Shown here: piece after piece, positions 60,359 through 64,000 of the stretch
Numbering within the stretch: position 1 is the first letter of the stretch
Layout of the letters: every line of letters begins with the position of its first letter
Assembly: GCA_044346705.1 (NCBI GenBank)
Contig: JBIIYP010000019.1
Span: 2,369 to 66,368, forward strand
Origin: Flavobacteriales bacterium
GTDB lineage: Bacteria; Bacteroidota; Bacteroidia; Flavobacteriales_F; PHOS-HE28
Length of the DNA stretch: 64,000 bases
Direction: 5' to 3'
Program-made: the position numbers and the translations under genes
Notes under the pieces: model-generated
What the model saw: the letters and a program-made list of their open reading frames with translations, nothing else
What the model was told of the DNA's origin: nothing
Databases searched by the model: none

Positions 60359-63300
60359 TTACTGGATCACCAGGCGCTGCGTGAAGGTCTGCTCACCGGC
60401 GGTGACGTTCACCAGGTACATGCCGGAACCGAAGCCACCCTCGAGGGAGATCGACGTGTTCACCGTGCTACCGTTGACGGCGATGGTGCGGCTGGTCACC
60501 TTGCGGCCAACGAGGTCGAAGATGTCCACCGTGGCGGTGGTCACATCGGCGTTCAGCTGATCGATGGTGATGTACAGTTGCTCACCACGGTTCGGGTTCG
60601 GCCACATGCTCATGACGGCTGCCGTGGAGGCATCACCATCGAAGAACACGCGGGAGTTGTCACCGCTCCAGAGGTTGCCAGCAGGCGTGCAGAAGGTTGC
60701 GGCTTGGCTGTTGGTGATGCCCACGGTGCAGGTGGCGCCGTAGGGGCACCAGGTCTGGCCTGCGTCGAAGCTGGCACGGACGCGCACGTTGTAGGTGTAG
60801 GTACCGCACAGGAGAGGGTTCTGCGTCCACACACCCAGCAACAGCGTGTAGGTGTTGATCTGGATGTTTCGCTGGTAGCCTTCCGCCGGCACGCTGAACT
60901 CGAACTGGTAGCGATTCGCCAACTGGGTGGTGCCACCTACGACGCGGGTCACAGGCAGGGCCCAGATGCGGCCGGAGTTACCCATGCCGCCCACCATCTT
61001 GCCGGTAGCACCGCAGCTGAGGTTCGCACCGGGGTTCGGGTCGAGCTGGGTGGGAGGGCATTGGGCACCGACCGGATCGATCTTGAAGCGGCAGGCCGGG
61101 CCGAACGCGGAGCTCGTACCGTTCACGCGGGTACGGATGCGGACGTTCAGCAGCACATTGCTCGGTACCGGGTTGGTGGTCAAGTTGCTGAAGCGCAGGT
61201 GGGAAGCGGCCGCAGCACCGGCAGGCGCACCGGGCATCGGCGCAGCATGGCTGATGAACACGCGACGACTGTAGCCACCGTTCGGGTTGAAGAGCCAGAA
61301 CTCGTAGCCATCGTCGGTCTGGATGTCCACACCGAACTGGGCGCTCACGGCGGCATTCGCGCTGGCGATCAGGAACTGGTTAGGGATCCAGAGCTCGTTG
61401 TCGCACTGGCTGACGATCACACGGTCGGTACCGATCGGCGAGCAGAAGGGCAGCGCCACCTGGCTGGTGGTGGTGAATCCTGCACCGTTCCCGGCGTTAT
61501 CGATCACACGTTCACCGGCGTCGTTGCGCAGCACATAGCCACCACCTGCCATGCCATTGCCACCGGCGTCGGTCACGATCAGGTTGAAGCATCCACCGAA
61601 GGGTACGCAGACGGTCTCGGTCACCGTGGTGTTGTTCGGGTAAGGTCCACCGGAGCCGATGATCGCCGTGCTGTTCGCATCCGCGATCTGCCAGGTGGTC
61701 TCACTGCCGGCACCGTCCGTGTTGATGGTCAGCGTCCAGTTCACGCAGGACACCACCGTGCCAACGCATACGCAGTTCGCATCGATCACATCGTTGATGG
61801 TACCGGGGTTGTTGTCGTTACACGCGCTGCCGGGGTTCGGGCCGTTCGGGCAGGGGTCGCAAGCATCACCCAGACCATCACCGTCGGTATCGGCCTGACC
61901 GGCGTTCGCGGTGTTGTCGCAGTTATCGATGCAGTCGGCGATACCATCGGAATCCGTGTCGGTGTCAGCCACTCCGCAGCCGCAGGTGCCCGGGGCGATC
62001 TTGTTCGGATCGTTGGGGCAGAGGTCGTTGCAGTTCGGCGTACCGTCGTTGTCGGAATCGGTATCCGCCACGCCGCAGCCGCAGATGCCCGGAGCGATCT
62101 TGTTGGGATCGGTGGGGCAGCCGTCGTTGGCATCGCAGGTTCCATCGTTGTCGGTGTCCTGGACGGTACCGGCGCAGGAGCAGTTGGCCTGGAACACATC
62201 GTTGATGGTGCAAGCGTTGTTGTCGTTGCAGGAGGTGCCAGGCTGAGCAGGACCACCCGGTACACCCAGGCAGTCGTTGCCGAGCAGGGTGCCGGCGCAA
62301 ACGCAGCTGGCGTTGATCACATCGTTGATGGTTGCGGCATTGCCGTCGTCGCAGGCATCACCCTGCTGACCTGCCAGGTTGGGGCAGTTGTCGTTGGCAT
62401 CGCAGAAGCCATCGCTGTCCGTGTCCTGGAAGGTTCCCACGCACTGGCAGCTCGCGTTCAGCACATCGTTGATGGTGCAGGCGTTGTTGTCGTTGCAAGT
62501 GGAACCGATCTGGCCGGGAACGGTCGGGCAGTTGTCGTTGGCATCGCAAACGCCATCGCTGTCCGTGTCCTGGAACGTACCGGCGCAAGAGCAGTTGGCC
62601 TGGTACACATCGTTGATGGTGCAGGCGTCATTGTCGTTGCAAGGCGTTCCAGGCTGAGCAGGACCACCCGGTACACCGAGGCAGTCGTTGCCGAGCAGGG
62701 TGCCTGCGCAGACGCAGTTGGCCGTGATCACATCGTTGATGGTGGCCGCATTGCCATCGTTGCAGGCATCACCCTGCTGACCAGCCAGGTTGGGGCAGTT
62801 GTCGTTGGCATCGCAGAAGCCATCGCTGTCCGTGTCCTGGAAGGTTCCCACGCACTGGCAGCTGGCGTTCAGCACATCGTTGATGGTGCACGCGTTGTTG
62901 TCGTTGCAGCTGGAACCGATCTGGCCTGCCACGTTGGGGCAGTTGTCGATGCAGTTCGCGATACCGTCGCCATCCGTATCGGTGTCAGGCACGCCGCAAC
63001 CGCAGGTGCCCGGGGCGATCTTGTTCGGATCCGTGGGGCAGCCATCGTTGGCATCGCATGTGCCATCGCTATCCGTATCCTGGAACGTACCCGTGCACAC
63101 GCAACTGGCGTTCAGCACATCGTTGATGGTGCAGACGTTGTTGTCGTCGCAGCTGGAACCGATCTGACCGGTCACGTTCGGGCAGTTGTCGTTCGCGTTG
63201 CAGATGCCATCACCGTCGGTGTCCTGGAAGGTGCCAACACAGACGCAGCTGGCGTTCAGCACATCGTTGATCGTGCAGACGTTGTTGTCGTTGCAGCTGG

Positions 63301-64000
63301 AACCGATCTGGCCTGCCACGTTGGGGCAGTTGTCGATGCAGTTCGCGATGCCGTCACCATCGGTGTCGGTATCCGCTACGCCGCAGCCGCAAACACCCGG
63401 GGCGATCTTGTTCGCATCCGTGGGGCACAGGTCGTTGTTGTTGCCGACGTAGCCAGGGGGTTGGGTGCAGTTCTGGACCGAGTTGTTCGGATCACCGGAA
63501 CCATCGCTGTCCTGGTCGAGGTACCACGTGGTCGTGGATGTCTCGGTCACCACCACTTGAGCGGAGGCGTTCGGGCAGGGAGCCGTGCCGGTCACCGTGT
63601 AGGTGTACGTGCCGGGCGTCATGGTGACGGGGTTATAGGTGTCACTCACCACAGGGCTGGGACCGGACCAGGAACCACCGGCCTGTGGGGTTCCGTTCAG
63701 CTGCTGGAAGAGGTTCACCGAAGAACCCGTGCTGCAGATCGATAACGTACCGTTGCTGCCTGCGTTAGCGGCGGGAACGACCGTCACGCTGGTCGCTGCG
63801 CTGGTGCCTGAGCAACCGCTGGTGGTCACCGTCACGCTGTAGGAACCGGAGGCGGTGGCGGAGATGGACTGGGTGGTGGCACCACCGGGGCTCCAGAGGT
63901 AGCTGCCACCGGCAGAGGAGGTAAGGGTCACGCTGCCACCGGCGCAGAAGGTCGTGGGACCACCGGCGGTGATCGTCGGTGTGGGCAGCGGGGTGACCGT
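60359..64000 (-). CDS. Giant T9SS-secreted adhesin-like protein with thrombospondin type-3 (DxDxDG ... DNCP) calcium-binding repeats and Cys-rich CNDNNxCTINDV modules. The 5' end lies beyond the window.
   Basis: The C-terminus ... [19 protein letters not shown] is a Por-secretion C-terminal domain. More than 12 TSP3-like repeats. The ORF continues past coordinate 64000. Confidence 0.6.
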   Translation of the reverse strand, partial: TVTPLPTPTITAGGPTTFCAGGSVTLTSSAGGSYLWSPGGATTQSISATASGSYSVTVTTSGCSGTSAATSVTVVPAANAGSNGTLSICSTGSSVNLFQQLNGTPQAGGSWSGPSPVVSDTYNPVTMTPGTYTYTVTGTAPCPNASAQVVVTETSTTTWYLDQDSDGSGDPNNSVQNCTQPPGYVGNNNDLCPTDANKIAPGVCGCGVADTDTDGDGIANCIDNCPNVAGQIGSSCNDNNVCTINDVLNASCVCVGTFQDTDGDGICNANDNCPNVTGQIGSSCDDNNVCTINDVLNASCVCTGTFQDTDSDGTCDANDGCPTDPNKIAPGTCGCGVPDTDTDGDGIANCIDNCPNVAGQIGSSCNDNNACTINDVLNASCQCVGTFQDTDSDGFCDANDNCPNLAGQQGDACNDGNAATINDVITANCVCAGTLLGNDCLGVPGGPAQPGTPCNDNDACTINDVYQANCSCAGTFQDTDSDGVCDANDNCPTVPGQIGSTCNDNNACTINDVLNASCQCVGTFQDTDSDGFCDANDNCPNLAGQQGDACDDGNAATINDVINASCVCAGTLLGNDCLGVPGGPAQPGTSCNDNNACTINDVFQANCSCAGTVQDTDNDGTCDANDGCPTDPNKIAPGICGCGVADTDSDNDGTPNCNDLCPNDPNKIAPGTCGCGVADTDTDSDGIADCIDNCDNTANAGQADTDGDGLGDACDPCPNGPNPGSACNDNNPGTINDVIDANCVCVGTVVSCVNWTLTINTDGAGSETTWQIADANSTAIIGSGGPYPNNTTVTETVCVPFGGCFNLIVTDAGGNGMAGGGYVLRNDAGERVIDNAGNGAGFTTTSQVALPFCSPIGTDRVIVSQCDNELWIPNQFLIASANAAVSAQFGVDIQTDDGYEFWLFNPNGGYSRRVFISHAAPMPGAPAGAAAASHLRFSNLTTNPVPSNVLLNVRIRTRVNGTSSAFGPACRFKIDPVGAQCPPTQLDPNPGANLSCGATGKMVGGMGNSGRIWALPVTRVVGGTTQLANRYQFEFSVPAEGYQRNIQINTYTLLLGVWTQNPLLCGTYTYNVRVRASFDAGQTWCPYGATCTVGITNSQAATFCTPAGNLWSGDNSRVFFDGDASTAAVMSMWPNPNRGEQLYITIDQLNADVTTATVDIFDLVGRKVTSRTIAVNGSTVNTSISLEGGFGSGMYLVNVTAGEQTFTQRLVIQ
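61880..63450. repeat. Near-identical ~420-bp and ~140-bp tandem DNA repeats inside the adhesin gene.
   Basis: Long stretches recur almost verbatim, for example ggcagttgtcgttggcatcgca...gccatcgctgtccgtgtcctggaa at ~62380, 62520, 62790 and 63170. Confidence 0.75.

Noticed and set aside
60578-63745. 1055-aa plus-strand ORF.
   Set aside because: It is antisense to the TSP3-repeat adhesin. The minus-strand frame carries the T9SS CTD and calcium-binding repeats, and the plus-frame product is featureless and Gly/Ala/Val-rich.

Overview
A 64-kb, visibly GC-rich chromosomal segment of a probable Bacteroidota genome. At least four encoded proteins end in a T9SS Por-secretion C-terminal domain, there are few Shine-Dalgarno contexts, and the gene content matches Bacteroidota LPS and outer-membrane biogenesis. 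Genes are densely packed, and the reverse strand of nearly every real gene carries a long spurious antisense ORF, as expected at this GC content. Content falls into five groups. (i) Outer-membrane/LPS biogenesis: YraN, an AsmA-like protein, KdtA/WaaA, an LpxL-like acyltransferase, MlaE/F/D, HldD and several OM beta-barrel proteins. (ii) A tight nucleotide-sugar and glycan operon: a DegT aminotransferase, Ugd, UDP-xylose synthase, a WbpD-like acetyltransferase, a WbpB-like oxidoreductase, a WbpA-like dehydrogenase, RfbB, a CpsB phosphatase and a GT61/DUF563 glycosyltransferase. (iii) Housekeeping genes: alaS, fabD, folE, queD, rluB, hemW, ppx, a fatty-acid desaturase, a BI-1 family protein and a YitT protein. 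(iv) Regulators: a sensor histidine kinase, a sigma-54 response regulator without an HTH domain, and a MerR regulator. (v) Several AT-richer insertions: an inverted-repeat-flanked four-helix-bundle cassette, a three-gene low-GC block, a ParE-like toxin-antitoxin islet, and a 6-kb island of T9SS cargo proteins. Non-coding features that stand out are several short-period tandem and palindromic repeat arrays: a 216-bp period-8 array inside an ABC transporter operon, ~71-bp tandem repeats, and a caagtgtcaag palindrome family. There are also very long in-frame tandem repeats inside genes: the RluB N-terminus, a TSP3-repeat T9SS adhesin, and a dockerin-tailed repeat protein. No rRNA genes, tRNA genes or CRISPR arrays were found.
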